Position numbers and translations under genes: made by a program. Below, piece by piece: positions 46,562-60,667 of a DNA stretch of 64,000 nucleotides. Numbering within the stretch: the stretch's first letter is position 1; each line of letters starts with the position of its first letter. The notes beneath the pieces were generated by a model. It was not told the origin of the DNA, searched no databases, and saw only the letters and a list, made by a program, of their open reading frames with translations. The DNA is from Bugula neritina (taxonomy: Eukaryota; Animalia; Bryozoa), in NCBI GenBank assembly GCA_964035545.1, contig OZ037773.1, forward strand, positions 10,011,751 through 10,075,750, written 5' to 3'.

Positions 46562-46623
46562 TTCTATTTTGCTATATATAGTATATATAATATATTATAT
46601 ATACTATATATAGCAAAATAGAA
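46562..46623. repeat. Perfect 62-bp AT-rich palindrome
   Basis: ttctattttgctatatatagtatatataata|tattatatatactatatatagcaaaatagaa; centre between 46592 and 46593. Confidence 0.95.
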
Positions 46624-49600
46624 TTTATTTAAAATATTAACTCAGACGTTTTATAAACAAAAGTGATTCCATATGCAACTGCGTACACACAACCATAAAT
46701 TAGTGATATATTCTAGAACTTACATGAATTTTACCTCTTTCACGATGTCCTAAAGGCCTGCCTCAAAATTTTAGACTGAGAAATACTACATATGCAGCGG
46801 GTGCAACAATTAGAAAGGCTGCGCTAGTGCTCCTTAAAGTTGTTTGCAAACTTCTTTTTAGAAATTTGTGCCTAAATATTGCCAGCTTCGTAAAACAACA
46901 AATCTTTAGATTTTGAGACCCGAGTTGGTTTTACTGTGGTAAAATGTTTACACCTATAAATAGCATAATGCTTCAGCTATACCAGAAGTGTGTTACTTTC
47001 TGTCAGTTTGAGTGTCTAGTATTTTGTAATTATATTATGCAGTCACGTGAACCAAGATAGAAAGTTACCAGCACCAAAGTCTTATAGAAATGCAGGGTGC
47101 ACCAATTAAGATGTTTTATTCCAGGAAACGGAGGCTTAAAAATTAATTAATAAATGGGATGTAGGGATTTTTGGTTATTTCAATTAAATTTGTCAAACGC
47201 TGTGTGTTACACTACATTTGGTGTGAACTGATAATCTATTCATTTTTTCAACAGATTAGGAAAAATATTAAAATAGTTAATCATATAAACAGAATGAATA
47301 TATTATTATATAAATTTTCTCTGAAAGCTCTAGTACTTCGACTTATCAATTCCAGTGCAGTTTTCAACAGCAGACTATTTGACTGTATAATTCTTGTACA
47401 AAATTCTATTTATAGTTTAAGCTATTGTTCAGTTTCCTGAGTTTTATGCAAAATCATGCAGCTTTTATAGTCAGTTTAGATTAGGAAGTGAGATGGTAAG
47501 CATTTCGCAACTCAGCAATTGTTATACACCAGAGTGCAGTCTCCTAGTACAACACTTACAAAAATCAGCTATAATTGCTTTTAGATTACATATAAGGAAA
47601 GTATAAAAGTATATACATAGCATATTATAGTACTTCGAATGAAATAACAGTTTGCTTTTTGTCTTGCAGCATATAACAAAATATGCATTAAGTAGTACAC
47701 CTCTAGCTCTCTGGCGGCGCAAGAAGGTGTAAAATAGTACAAGTTATTTAACTTTCTAATTGTGTTAATAAGTAAGTATGTACAGAGCTGCTTTAGAGCT
47801 TTAAACCCATGCAGTTATACCTATGATTAGGAAATCCTAAAGCACCCGGCAAAAGAATATGTTTTTTATTTTTAGCAATTTATTGTTTAGGCTTCAATAT
47901 ACCGTTCAGTGCTTTTCTACAAAGTTTTGCTTCAATTTAATAGCTACGAACATGTAAGGATTAGGAGTGTTTGAAAATCTTATATAAAGGTTATAGGCAA
48001 CAAAAGCTGTTTAGGGCTTTAGCTTATATCTAACAGGCCAAAGGCTATAATTGCTTTGTTTACTAAACTGCAATAGCTAGCAGATATACAGCTTTTCTCT
48101 AAATAACACTAGTACACAGGCTGGATAGAAATGAGAACAATAACAAAAGCTCATCAATTACAATTACTTAATAGATTTCATTGCAATTTACTTCTGATTA
48201 TGACTCAATTATTTCGCAGAAAACTTGTTATTTATCTCTCATACCTACGAAACAATGTCGTAACAACTATAGGTGTAACCCGTGTAAAAATTGTCACACT
48301 AAAAATATTTGTAATTCATAACTAAATTTTGCAATGGGCAAAAATAGAGCAGCTGTTGCTGAGGGACAGTTCACTCTGTGAAGCCTCAGGTGATTGGGAA
48401 ATTCTAAGTTCACTTCAAAGGCAGTTTCAAAGGGTGAGGCGAAATCAACTGGCAACAATTTGGTCATTATGACAAACAGTTTTACTGAAACCCATTAATA
48501 TGACTTATTTTGGACCATAAACTGCTTAAAATTTTTTCTCAGAATATCTCAATTCATTTTAATGGACGGCATGTCTGGCAAATAGAAGTTCATTTCAAAA
48601 CTCTACCAATAAATCATCAGAAATAACAAAATCTGATTGATGCAAACTGCCATGCTTTAGGAAATTGAAATTAATTCAAAGCTTTAACTGCCGCTGGAAA
48701 TAAAGCGCCTTCTTCTTAGACCACAACCTATATTTCATTTTTGGTATAATTAGCCAAATATTTGACTTATAATGCATCTATTAACATACCAGTCCGTGCC
48801 TAATTAAAAAATTTACATGTTCTTTGTTGGTAAGATTTTTCAAGCCACATACAATTTGCACTAAACTAGCCTCAGTGCTTTAATTACTCCACCACCTTCC
48901 TTCCACTTCCTCATCACATGGAATAGATTTTAGATAAGGATCTCTGGGAACCAATGCTATTCATTTTATCAAGTTGACTTGACTTTAAGCTCATGCAATA
49001 TTTCAACTGTTTATTTCCTTCCTCTCCCACAAGAGACAGTTCAATTGATGTATGCCAGTTGCAAACCCTCACTCTAAACTAAATATAATATTCAGTTACA
49101 AAATAAACAAAAAGCACATATCTTCCTGTTTTAGCCGATACACCTTCAAAACATATGTACTTTATTCGCTGTCAGACTAACAATGTTATAATACAGATAC
49201 AATACTGCTAGTGCAGCTTATATAGGCTCTGGGTGACAATTCGGATTGCTTTGATCTGAATGAATTTTTCATAATGAACAAAGAGTCAGTTTTGGTGATG
49301 ATGCAATTTTCTCAATTCACAAGCTGCCATCTGAGCTGTTTTTGCGCTTTCAATAATAATGAAATACACAGGACTCTGTTTATAATTAGCACAAACACAA
49401 ATACATATTTGATAGCATTGCAGATTAGTTTATAACTATATAGTATCTTTTATTTTAATCTTATACTTCATCTAAAATTTGAAATGAAACCTTTTGCTTT
49501 CCCAGACTATAAAATAAAGAATGAATCATCAATTTCTACATCTGAAAAGCTCTTGTATTCCATAATTTTAGTTTCTTTATTGCAGATTTTAAATGAGAAT

Positions 49601-51774
49601 AATTTAAGAATTATTAAAAGTTTGTGACACAAAAAAAATTCTTTTCTTTGACTTCAAACACTCATCAGTTTCCAAGTCAAATAAAGTTAAATGAAATGCA
49701 TTTTTGGATTATAGTACTTTAGAAGGAAATAGAGATGAATTGAAAGTAATTAAAGTTGAAAATAAATTAAAAAAAATTATATACACACCTAAATAGATTG
49801 AAATCTATTAATAAAATTCAACAATAGCCATCGTCATCTTGTCAATCACTACAACTAGGTATTAGAAAAATATTATATATAGAAGTAAACAAATCCAGGC
49901 ATTCTGCACAATTAAGATTAATTTTATAGTTATTTTCTTACTACTTTGGATTTATTTATTTTGATCTAGTTTATTTATTTCCCTATAAGTATTTAGCACC
50001 ATTTGTTAGGCAGAATGTGAAACAAATCAAAAGCTTTCCAGTGATGAATAACAGTCAACCCAAAGTTTCAGCAAAATCTATGTGAAGAAACTAATTTTCT
50101 TTTTAAAAATTAGAGCAACTTATTTAGGAAGCGTGTGGCATATACAGTAATTAGCAAACTTCTAATTATCTTTAAATCAATCATAAATTATAATGCAGTT
50201 ATAAATTGTCTACTAGATGAGGTAATAGCATGCCCCTGTCCCAGTATGTGTCACTTGCTAGCACCCGGGCACTTACAAGCACCTGCCGACAAACGCCATA
50301 TACTTCCTAACTACAACTCTATATCAATTATCTAATCTGTAAATAGCTTCAATATCACAATAACAGGAATTGTAATCTTTGCTTCCACATTAAATGCAAA
50401 TTTGATAAACACTTTAGAAGATAAGATTCTTGTTATTTATTGAAGATACATAATTTATCAGCCATCACGTTGTGAAACTTATTAAATATGAGGAAATGCT
50501 TCAACTTTTAAAAAATGAAATCTAATGCATTTTTTCATAGTATATAGCATAACTCAAGTGTTATCAAAGTGAATTTTAATAGTGCAAATCTGACATCACC
50601 TATATAATATGAAATAAGTGAATGGCTGATAATTTAAGTCAGCTGCAATCTACATAAAAACTTCACCGAACAGCACATACTGCGACCCATGTACATGACA
50701 ATTAAATATCTTGCCCGTAAAATTTTTTAATGCTACCTTATGGGCGGGAATGCCAATTACAATACTCTTATAGTTTTTAGACTGCTAGAAAGAATTGTGG
50801 GTAAATAGAGCATTGAACTATATTTTCCTGGTTTTTCATCACAGGTAGTGCATCAGGTAGGTTATATACTCTGAGTGATTATAGAAGCAACAACAGTATA
50901 CTTGGAATAATGAATAGTGAGTGATAACCATGAGGATATATAGCATAACTTATCAAGGCTAGAATGCCTGAGTCATCTAGACATTTAATAATAGTATAAT
51001 AGAAGCACACGTAGTACGTAATGTCACATTCTGATTGGTCCATATATTTACAATATCTATTATGCGTGATGAAGTGAATTTTAATCAATTAGTCATGATT
51101 AGGAAACAGCAATGTAATAAGTGATAACTTTTTGTATGGAGAAAGTTTCTAAACAATTGAAATTAACTTGCTGTGAGGCTGGGTAGACGGGGCAAAATAT
51201 ATCCTTTATAGATTATTGTAACACTTTACAAGAATATATTATATAATATTTAGTCTCCGCTCAGTTGAGTTACTTCAGTATTATAATAACAAATGCAATA
51301 TTGTGTTATATAATATATTACATAATATAACAACAAAAAATATTAGCTTTGGAGAAAAATTATGAAAATTAGCAACTTTTAGCTAAAGGATATTTATGCA
51401 TCTGTGAATTAACTTGAAGAATATTTATTAGTTGTTTAGTAAATAGTTAGTAAATTAATTTGTAAACAATTGTTTCACACATTTTATCGATTAATATCAA
51501 AAATCTTTATGTAGTAAATGTCTTCAATCAGCGATCTTTAACAACATAGCTATTGAGTTAATTAATTCACAATACAGTAAAAAAGACAACTTTGAGCTGT
51601 TGTTGAATTCCCGACTCGTTTATAGCAGAAGGTACACATTTTCTTCAAGTAATTAAAACATGGCACACGCGATGATATCATTTGACAGATTACATACAGA
51701 CTCTGGCTGCGGTGCACTAAATATAGATGAAAAAGCTCATTAATCACAATACCAAGCGGCTTATAGAAGCTCTG

Positions 51775-54020
51775 TGGTAATTGGATAAATTAATGCTAAA
51801 TCATAAATTGTTAGTCAGCATGAAACAGTTTCGGTTGCCTCATGTGATTATAATCTTCTCCAGGAGTATATAAGCAGAGTTGGTTTCTAAAATATTCATT
51901 CTGCTTGCAGTATCTTCAACTGGTAGCTGGTGAACAACTAAACTTCTATCATGGGTGAGCATAAGTTTTAAATGAATTTTTACAAAGACCAGCTATTTGA
52001 TTAAGCTTTTTTTTACTGCTTAAAAACCTTTTTGCAAGTAATATAATATTATATTCTATTTGTTTTATTTTTGTTACAATCAGTTAATATCAATATTATT
52101 TAGTTATACCCAGGTTAACATATAACTTTAAAAAGATAAAGTATTACTATGGAACATGGTTTATTGTAGGCAAATGATATTGTTATATATAATTATTGCT
52201 CATCCGTTCTAGTTGTTTTTGGTATTCCTTCATGCTTTTTAATTTTTAATTACTTTTAAACTCGACATTATATTAGTTTTTTACTTGTATGTTATATTAT
52301 GTTACTGTTTTACAGACTCCATAGAAGAATTTTATACTTGCATATTATATAATATTATTGTTTTACAGACTCTAAAATCTTGTTGATCCTCGGCCTGGTA
52401 TTGGCTCTCGGTAAGTTCTTAGTTTGTCTAGAAAAAGTTTCAAGCTGTTGATTTCCCTCTGTGAACAGATAATTGAATTTACTGTACCATATTATAACAA
52501 GACATTGAACTATAAGCTAACTTTGGTATTACAGGTGCAGTTAGCTACGGAAGTTACACATCCTCTTATTCTAAGCGTCAGCGCCCCCATAGTAAGTTAT
52601 GCTGCTTCTTTCCATAATGTAATAATCGTAGTTGTGAATACACATTTTCTGATGATATATATAAGAAAAAGTTTTGCTAGTATTCGACTATCACCTCTGC
52701 AGGTTTTTATATATTTTGTGAAGTGCGTAGAAAATTTGGAGAGAAGCTAGTTTAATCTAACAGAAATGTAGTACTTTACCAAATTGAGAGGGAAATTTTA
52801 TAGAGCAGTAATCCGTCAAAATAAGTTCTAGAGAGTAGTATAGAATAAATCATTTATGTTCAAATAAAAATAGTTTGTTTCATGTTTTAGGTCACTACGT
52901 CCCAACTACCAGATACCACCAAACGACTAAAGGCTACCAAACCCCACACTACCAAACCACCCCACACTACCAAACTACCAGATACCACCAAACCACCAAG
53001 GGTTACCAAACCCCATACCACCAAACCACCAAGGGTTACCAAACTACCCCACACTACCAAACCACCCCACACTACCAAACCACCAGATACCACCAAACCA
53101 CCAAGGGTTACCAAACTACCCCATACCACCAAACCACCAAGGGTTACCAAACTACCCCATACCACCAAACCACCAAGGGTTACCAAACTACCCCACACTA
53201 CCAAACCACCAGATACCACCAAACCACCAAGGGTTACCAAACTACCCCATACCACCAAACCACCAAGGGTTACCAAACTACCCCACACTACCAAACCACC
53301 AGATACCACCAAACCACCAAGGGTTACCAAACTACCCCATACCACCAAACCACCAAGGGTTACCAAACTACCCCATACCATCAGACCACCAAGGGTTACC
53401 AAACTACCCCACACTACCAAACCACCAGATACCACCAAACTACCAAGGGTTACCAAACTACCCCATACCACCAAACCACCAAGGGTTACCAAACTACCCC
53501 ATACCACCAAACCACCAAGGGTTACCAAACTACCCCACACTACCAAACCACCAAGGGTTACCAAACTACCCCACACTACCAAACCACCAGATACCACCAA
53601 ACCACCAAAGGTTACCAAACCCCATACCACCAAACAACCAAAGGTTACCAAGCCCCACACTACTAAATCACATACAAATCCAATACATAGTTATTCACTC
53701 CCTTCCTAGTAAACTATCTCTTTGACACAACGACTCATTCAACGTTTTGCTACAAAATCTAGCAATAAGTTTAATGAAAGACAGTATTTCTTGAGCTTTT
53801 AGTTGACAATTGCATGTAGTGCATGTACTTTTATAGACATGAAACTTTTTTCACCAAAATGATGTAGTCTGTGACATTTGTCACATATTTGAATGAAATT
53901 GTGTTCAGTCATGTGTGCAATTTTTTATCAAATATAGTTGATGTTACATATATCTTTGCTTTTATTCTGTTTTTATTTTAATTACTAAATAAAGTTTATA
54001 ATATTCGGTAAAACATTTTA
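51775..54020 (+). repeat. Right arm of inverted gene duplication (partner 44510-46335)
   Basis: Reverse-complement homology to 44510-46335, including intron sequence. Confidence 0.9.
51951..53666 (+). CDS. Secreted Tyr/His/Thr/Gln-rich hexapeptide-repeat protein, copy B
   Basis: Exons 51951-51954 (ATG G), 52369-52410 (DSKILLILGLVLAL), 52535-52591 (GAVSYGSYTSSYSKRQRPH) and 52891-53666 (SHYVPTTRYHQTTKGYQT...GYQAPHY*). TATATAA at about 51867; AATAAA at about 53988. Confidence 0.85.
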
Positions 54021-55559
54021 TGAGTTTTGAGATTCACCGCTGAAAACTTTAGTTTATTAAATTAAAGACATTCAACAAATAGTGCAAGGGTGTTTATGAT
54101 AACCAAGTAAATAAATAACTCTGAGTTATGGAAATTAGGTAGAATTTTCTGTATTTCTTTATTAGTTCATTGAATAATTCATTGTTGTTCTAATTGCAAT
54201 AAACAATAAACAAGTCCATATTCTTTCAGTCTGCGTATGTTTCCCCATGCTGAATGCAAATTGTGCACTATAATTACTGAACAATTATTTATCATACAAA
54301 ATTCAACTTTCAGTTTTCCTAAAAAAGTACTTATATTTGTCATCAAGAAATTTCCGATGTTTTTCAAAAGTCTAGAAAAAATTCCTAAACTGCTTTATAA
54401 CTTGCTAAAACGGGTAGATATTATAATAAATCTTTTTATTCATTTGATGACACTATTCCCTAAAATCTTTGAAATCAGATGTAATATTGTGCATGTGCAA
54501 AAAACTCTCTATTTATGAAAAACCTTAAACTCTTTGCGTTGGGGCCTTCCAAATCTCCATCAAGCTCATTTTTATAAGACACACTGATTTCTATTATTTT
54601 GAGTCTTTTAAATCTTAGTTAACTTGATTTCCTTCTTTTTTAAGCTGATTGCTAGCTTGGCTAGAATCATTAATCAAAAAAGCTTTTCTAGCTTGCAGCT
54701 TTCAAGATGTATTTACTATATAGCATGGCAATTATTTAGCAGATTTCAATTCGGTGATATTTACTTTGAAGTTTCTCTTCTTTTTTTAGTACACCATGTC
54801 TTTTTCATTTTCAATGTTCTACTTTCAGTCCTTCTCCAACCTATGTAGTAATTATCAATTTATAAATTTTGCTGTATACACAATGTTAAATTCACAATCC
54901 AATTTTAAAAGATTATAGTTCCTTGGATAGCTATTCTGTTATCATTCTTGTGTTTTGGTCGGTTTTTCCAAAGAGTCTTTTCTGCTTTTAATTACTATCT
55001 TCCTTTGTATGTTATGTAAATTGCACACATTCTTTCAGTTAAACAAATTCAAGTTTACAAGTACCTTAAAAAGCCTCTACTGCAATGCCTTCATGTGACT
55101 TTGTTAGTTGAAATCCAGCCACATATGTTCCTGATTTTGTACGACATATTGCAAACAGTCTTTTTGCTTGAAGGTAATAAATCTATGCATACTATTATTT
55201 CCTGTAACCAGGTCACATGTCTTTAACAGATTCATAAAGTGTACCTAATGCTATATACAGTTACATATATAGCTTATATATATCTAGAGATTATAGCTGT
55301 ATATTATAGTTACTATAAAGCGGCATATCATGGGAAAATACTGATATTGTCAACATAATTTTAGTTAAGATGTCTGAATGAAGAATTACTTCCACAAGGA
55401 ATTATTTTAAATCTTGCATTAGATCAATTATAGATAATTCTGCTCCACCAATTTCATGGTAGCATAACTCTGAATTGTAATGTTACAAAGTAAAACAACT
55501 TTGGAGCTGAAACTAGAGTTTTCTTACTATGATTTCATCATGGTCCTTTTAAAAAAAAA

Positions 55560-55767
55560 TGTGACAGTGTGGGTTGTGACAGTATGCATTGTCACAGTAT
55601 GCATTGTAACAGTATGCATTGTAACAGTATGTATTGTGACAGTATGCATTGTTACAGGGTGCGCTGCGACAGTATGCATTGTTACAGTATGCATTGTGAC
55701 AGTATGCGGTTGTGACAGTGTGTATTGTTACAGTATGCATTGTTACAGTATGCATTGTGAGAGTATG
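55560..55767. repeat. 15-bp minisatellite (acagtatgcattgtg/t) about x13
   Basis: Direct reading. Confidence 0.88.
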
Positions 55768-56567
55768 TGTTGCACAAAATAAAAAATATGGACTACAACA
55801 GTTTCTCATGAAACTTATTGCAATCAAAATTTACAAACCAATTCATCATTATAGAATATAGTATATTCTGTATAGTTATTGCTTTTAGAGTTGTTGTTAA
55901 GAGCTGTGAACATTTAGCCATGCAAAAGGATGTGTAAAAAGCAATTTTAATATTTTATAGTATTTTTTGACACCATGATTGTGCAGTTTTACATGTTTGC
56001 TTGCATCACATTCAATCAAACACTTTTTGCATCTATAATAATCGTTTAAATGCTTAGCTTTTCATAGTTTCAAAATAACCCACTTCCTAGAAAATTAATT
56101 GAATAGGAAAACTTGTCAATTCAAAATATCATAATTCACCAATTTTTTTATGGAAGCAATTCGTTGTTTATAGCTGCAAATTCCTTTTCGGCTTCCATAT
56201 AATATGTTGATCAAATGTTTGATACCAATAAACCATGGTAAGTTATTTATTGTGACTAACCACAATTCAAAACATTTAACTATATGCAAATATAAGCATA
56301 AATACTTGCTATTAAGGTCTTGGCTATAGTATCGGGAAATGATCATAATAAATGAACTGAGTCACAGTATACTATAGGTATATAGGTGGCTTCTAAAAAC
56401 ATCTTCAGGAGTTTAGAATGTTTTAGCATTGTAATGTTTTGCCTTGATGTATGTTGATATTATTAATTTAATATTCATCTTTTAAGCTATAATAATGGCA
56501 ACTCTGCACACTACTCTGTTCTCTGCACACCACGCTGCAGAGAACAGTCATTATCAAACTGAGCAAC

Positions 56568-56797
<230 letters not shown>

Positions 56798-57140
56798 AGA
56801 AGAAGTGAGTTGTCTGCCAAACATGATTCATAGATCAGAAATTTGTTAAAGGAGAAGGAAATTACTCTCCATCGTAATAAAAAATTTATACTGTAAAATC
56901 AATTAATTTCAAATCAATGGATAAACATGCGTGTGAATAGAATAATTAATTGTTTCCATATTTAGATTATTTAAAAGAGTGGGTATGAATCATAAACACT
57001 AATCCTTCCTACTTTTGTAGTATAAGAGGCTATTTAATTCAATTGCATGCCTGTAGAGTTTCAACACATATAAAAAGAGCAATTTGGAAACAGTTTCCAT
57101 TACTTATTTGGCTGCAGCTGAAAAGGTTAAGAATTTAGAA

Positions 57141-59504
57141 ATGGGTAAGTTTATAGAACAAAATTTCATCAGCATATTCTGCCTTAAATAATTTTAGAGT
57201 TGCATTAAAATTGAATATTTTCCCACATGGCCTGTAAACATACTTTCTCATTATTATTTAGGAGTATCATGTAATTTTCTCAAAAAGTCATTGTGAGTAA
57301 CTTTTTAGCTCACTGACCTTTTTGGTTTACCAGTTATTGCAGTTGCAGCTTAAATATCATTACTGCAGATTCTAAGTTTCTATACATAGTATAATAGCAA
57401 TACTGTTTAATGCAAATTGTAGATAACAAGATGCTGATACTGATTGGCCTTGTGGCTGTTTTCGGTAAGTATAGAAAACATGCTACAACTTCATTTAATA
57501 CATTTATTGTATATATATGTCATATACATAATTGCCAATGCTTTTGATAAAATTGTTTTAAAAGCAGGTATTGAGAGATATAGGTAATAAAAGTGACAGC
57601 ATAAACCCCAAGACACTTTTGAATAAATAAAGCTAATCTTTGTTTTATAGTAAAAATTATTTTTTTTAAAATAGTAAAGTTGATGCATAATAATTGATTT
57701 TTACTAATTTTTTAGTTATTGCATGTATATAGCAATATTTGCATATAATGCATTGGTTTTCTTATTATGTAGTTTTTGCTAGTTTCAATATAAAATCAAC
57801 CCTTCAAACAACAATATATTGTTTAGCCTGTGAAACATTAATTTATATAATAATTGAGACACTTCATATATTGTAATATTTTGTTGTATTGTAAACAGCA
57901 TGCGTCAGTGGATACAGTAGCTATCCCAAACATTCCTACGGTCACCATGGTTACCAACCATCATCTCACAAACCAAACACTTACTGTAAGTTAACAAGGA
58001 ATTAACCGATTATTAAAAATGTTTATTTTTTATTTTTCAATATTATCTAATTTGTTTCATCAGGCTTTTGTCTCTATAATTAATTTATAAATTCTGAGAA
58101 ATTTTTATTGGATATATTATTTTAATACAATTTTGTTTAAGAATTTTTTGTAGCTAACGCAGGTGCTGCAGTACCACAAACCCTAATTTATAATATTTTG
58201 AGTTTTCATGATATTTAAACAAATTTTTCACTGTAGAGTTTATATGATAACACCTAAATATATGCATATATGATAAACAGAGAATTACTTATAGTTAAAA
58301 CATTACCATGGCTAAAGCAAATTAATATATTATATCAATAATCAATATAGCAGTGAGATCTATATATTATAGCAATACGTATAAGTTGAAATTTCCTGAT
58401 GTTTAACCACTTCATCACACTATACCACTGCATACAGTATACAACTGTATATAATGTAGACACAAGGGTTTGGTCACAGTGGGAACAATGGTCGCACTGC
58501 CCTGTTAAATGTGGAGGGGGAGAACAAAGGAGATACAGAATATGCACCACCAAGACTCACTATGGCTACGGTCACTCCAACAACAAAGAGTGTTACGGCC
58601 CTTCCTATGCCAGAAGAAGATGCAACACGAAATGTTGTCCAGGTTTGTGGTTCAGACAACTCCAATATTGTACGAGTCGTAAAATCAGAATGCAACATAC
58701 CAGTGACAATATATTGCATGCAGCAGCATTAATTTATAGGTAGCGATTTGGGTAACATGATTTCAGTGCTTCACTTTTGAGCAGAAACAAAAGATTTTGC
58801 ATGATCAGTTGTTTCATTTTCACTTGAAATTGCATTTGCATTTGTAATACTTGCATGAGGAACTCTACCAGTTACTCTACCAGTTACTCTACCAGTTACT
58901 CTACCAGTTACTCTACCAGTTACTCTACCAATCACTATATAATTATCAAGTGTTCTACTAATTACTGTATTGAGTACTGCATAATCAGTACAACAAAACT
59001 GTTTTGTAGTTGATGGACGCTGGGGTCAATGGACTGGCTGGTCTCAGACTTACAGTGGATCTTACAAACAGACCAGATCCAGATACTGCAACTACCCAGC
59101 ACCTCGCTGCGGAGGCAGAGGTTGCTATGGGGACAGCAAACAAGTTAAAGCTGTTCATCGTAAGTTGCTTCAACTGCAAGGTTTAACAAACATGCAAAGG
59201 CATGTTATTTAAATCATAGTTTTAAAACTGCAAAGCTTTTACAGGATATCATAATAGTTTTATTAGGATATAGTTGTTTAAGGAAGCAAATCTATTGATG
59301 ATTTTTATTGTTGATGTTTTAGTTCCCCACCCTCACTACCAACCTAAAGCACATCACGGACCGTCTCACTACCAACCTAAAGCACACCATGGACCGTCTC
59401 ACTACCAACCCAACATTCACCATGGACCGTCTCACTACCAACCCAACATTCACCATGGAGCGTCTCACTACCAACATAAAACACACCACAAACCAAACTA
59501 CTAG
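57141..59504 (+). CDS. Secreted protein with two thrombospondin type-1 repeats flanked by His/Tyr-rich segments
   Basis: Exons 57141-57144 (ATG G), 57423-57464 (DNKMLILIGLVAVF), 57899-57985 (ACVSGYSSYPKHSYGHHGYQPSSHKPNTY), 58460-58642 (WSQWEQWSHCPVKCGGGEQRRYRIC...CYGPSYARRRCNTKCCP), 59010-59159 (VDGRWGQWTGWSQTYSGSYKQTRSRYCNYPAPRCGGRGCYGDS) and 59323-59504 (HYQPKAHHGPS-type 11-mers x4, KPNY*). TATAAAA at about 57068. Confidence 0.85.
58862..58930. repeat. 12-bp minisatellite (actctaccagtt)
   Basis: Intron between the two TSP1 exons. Confidence 0.9.
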
Positions 59505-59983
59505 ACTACTTAGTTATCTTAAGAAGGCTGGATAATGCAGATGATTTGAATTAATGTTTTTTTCACAAAGTTCTCTGGATGCATACACACTACATTGTTG
59601 CTGTTATGTTTTGTTCTTGACAACGGTTGTTATTGCTTGACTTATATAAATATTATTTGTTATATTGTTACTTGATAAACTTGTTTTACTCTCAGATAAA
59701 ATAAATTGTTGAATTTGCAAACGACAAGTCTGATTTTAAAACAATGCCACAAGTTGGTTCTTGCAAACTCAAAATAATTTGACCTCGTTACTATGTAACT
59801 TAGAACACAATTGACACAAGCTAAGCCCTATTTACTAATTCTTCAAAGCTGAAACTGTTCTTGTGTTATGCTGTATGGGAAAGCAATTGTCATTTGGCTG
59901 CTTTACTAACAGAAATTGCTGGGAATTTACGTTTGATCAAAATTCAATATTTAATGAAGTGATTGTTGAGTTGTTCCGCAGTG

Positions 59984-60119
<136 letters not shown>

Positions 60120-60667
60120 ATTTTCATCATAACATAGTGTTTTACAACTAGGATAATTTACAAGAGCAGAACAAGCAATTAAAAAAGAAACATAATAGTA
60201 ACAAATAACAGTATATCAAAATAAGCTGTCGGAAATGATGATGAGGCCCAGTGCGAAATAGCATGGCTAGTGGTACGCGGGCCCAATGTTGGCATGTGAG
60301 CACGATATTATATTTCCTTGTAAACAATTATGTTGAAAAGAAATCCTTGGATAAATCTGATATCCTAATGCAAACAAATCACTAGTAGGCTTATGACTTC
60401 TTACACAGAAAATTTCTTATGTGAAGTTGAACTCCAAAAATACACAAATAATTTAAATTTGTGACCAAAACAACTATAAGACAGAAAGACTTTTAAATGT
60501 ATATTATCTGGTATATTTTGAAAAAAACATTGACAGTATATATACTTAAATAATAAATTGTTAACAATCAAACTTATATGTTACTTTTTATGATAATGCA
60601 AGCAAAATCAACATATAAAGTTACAAAGTAATATTATTCCATATAAAACATTCAGTAGAGATCAATG

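Noticed and set aside
52887-53660. 257-aa hydrophobic G/L/V/W ORF (and the 188-aa ORF at 44666-45232)
   Set aside because: Antisense shadows of the YHQTT repeat; promoter, splice sites and poly(A) signal all support the opposite strand.
52891-53666. Repeat protein as a neuropeptide precursor
   Set aside because: No recurrent dibasic or G-K/R amidation sites between units (order is KG, not GK).
54180-55170. Possible decayed transposase or retroelement on the minus strand; similar impression at 48340-49400
   Set aside because: Only compositional hints; no recognisable motif, terminal repeats or continuous frame.
57941-57954. Near-palindromic X-box GTCACCATGGTTAC
   Set aside because: Lies in a coding exon and is explained by the codons for GHHGY. 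No convincing full X-box found at the TEX9 or LRRC74 promoters.
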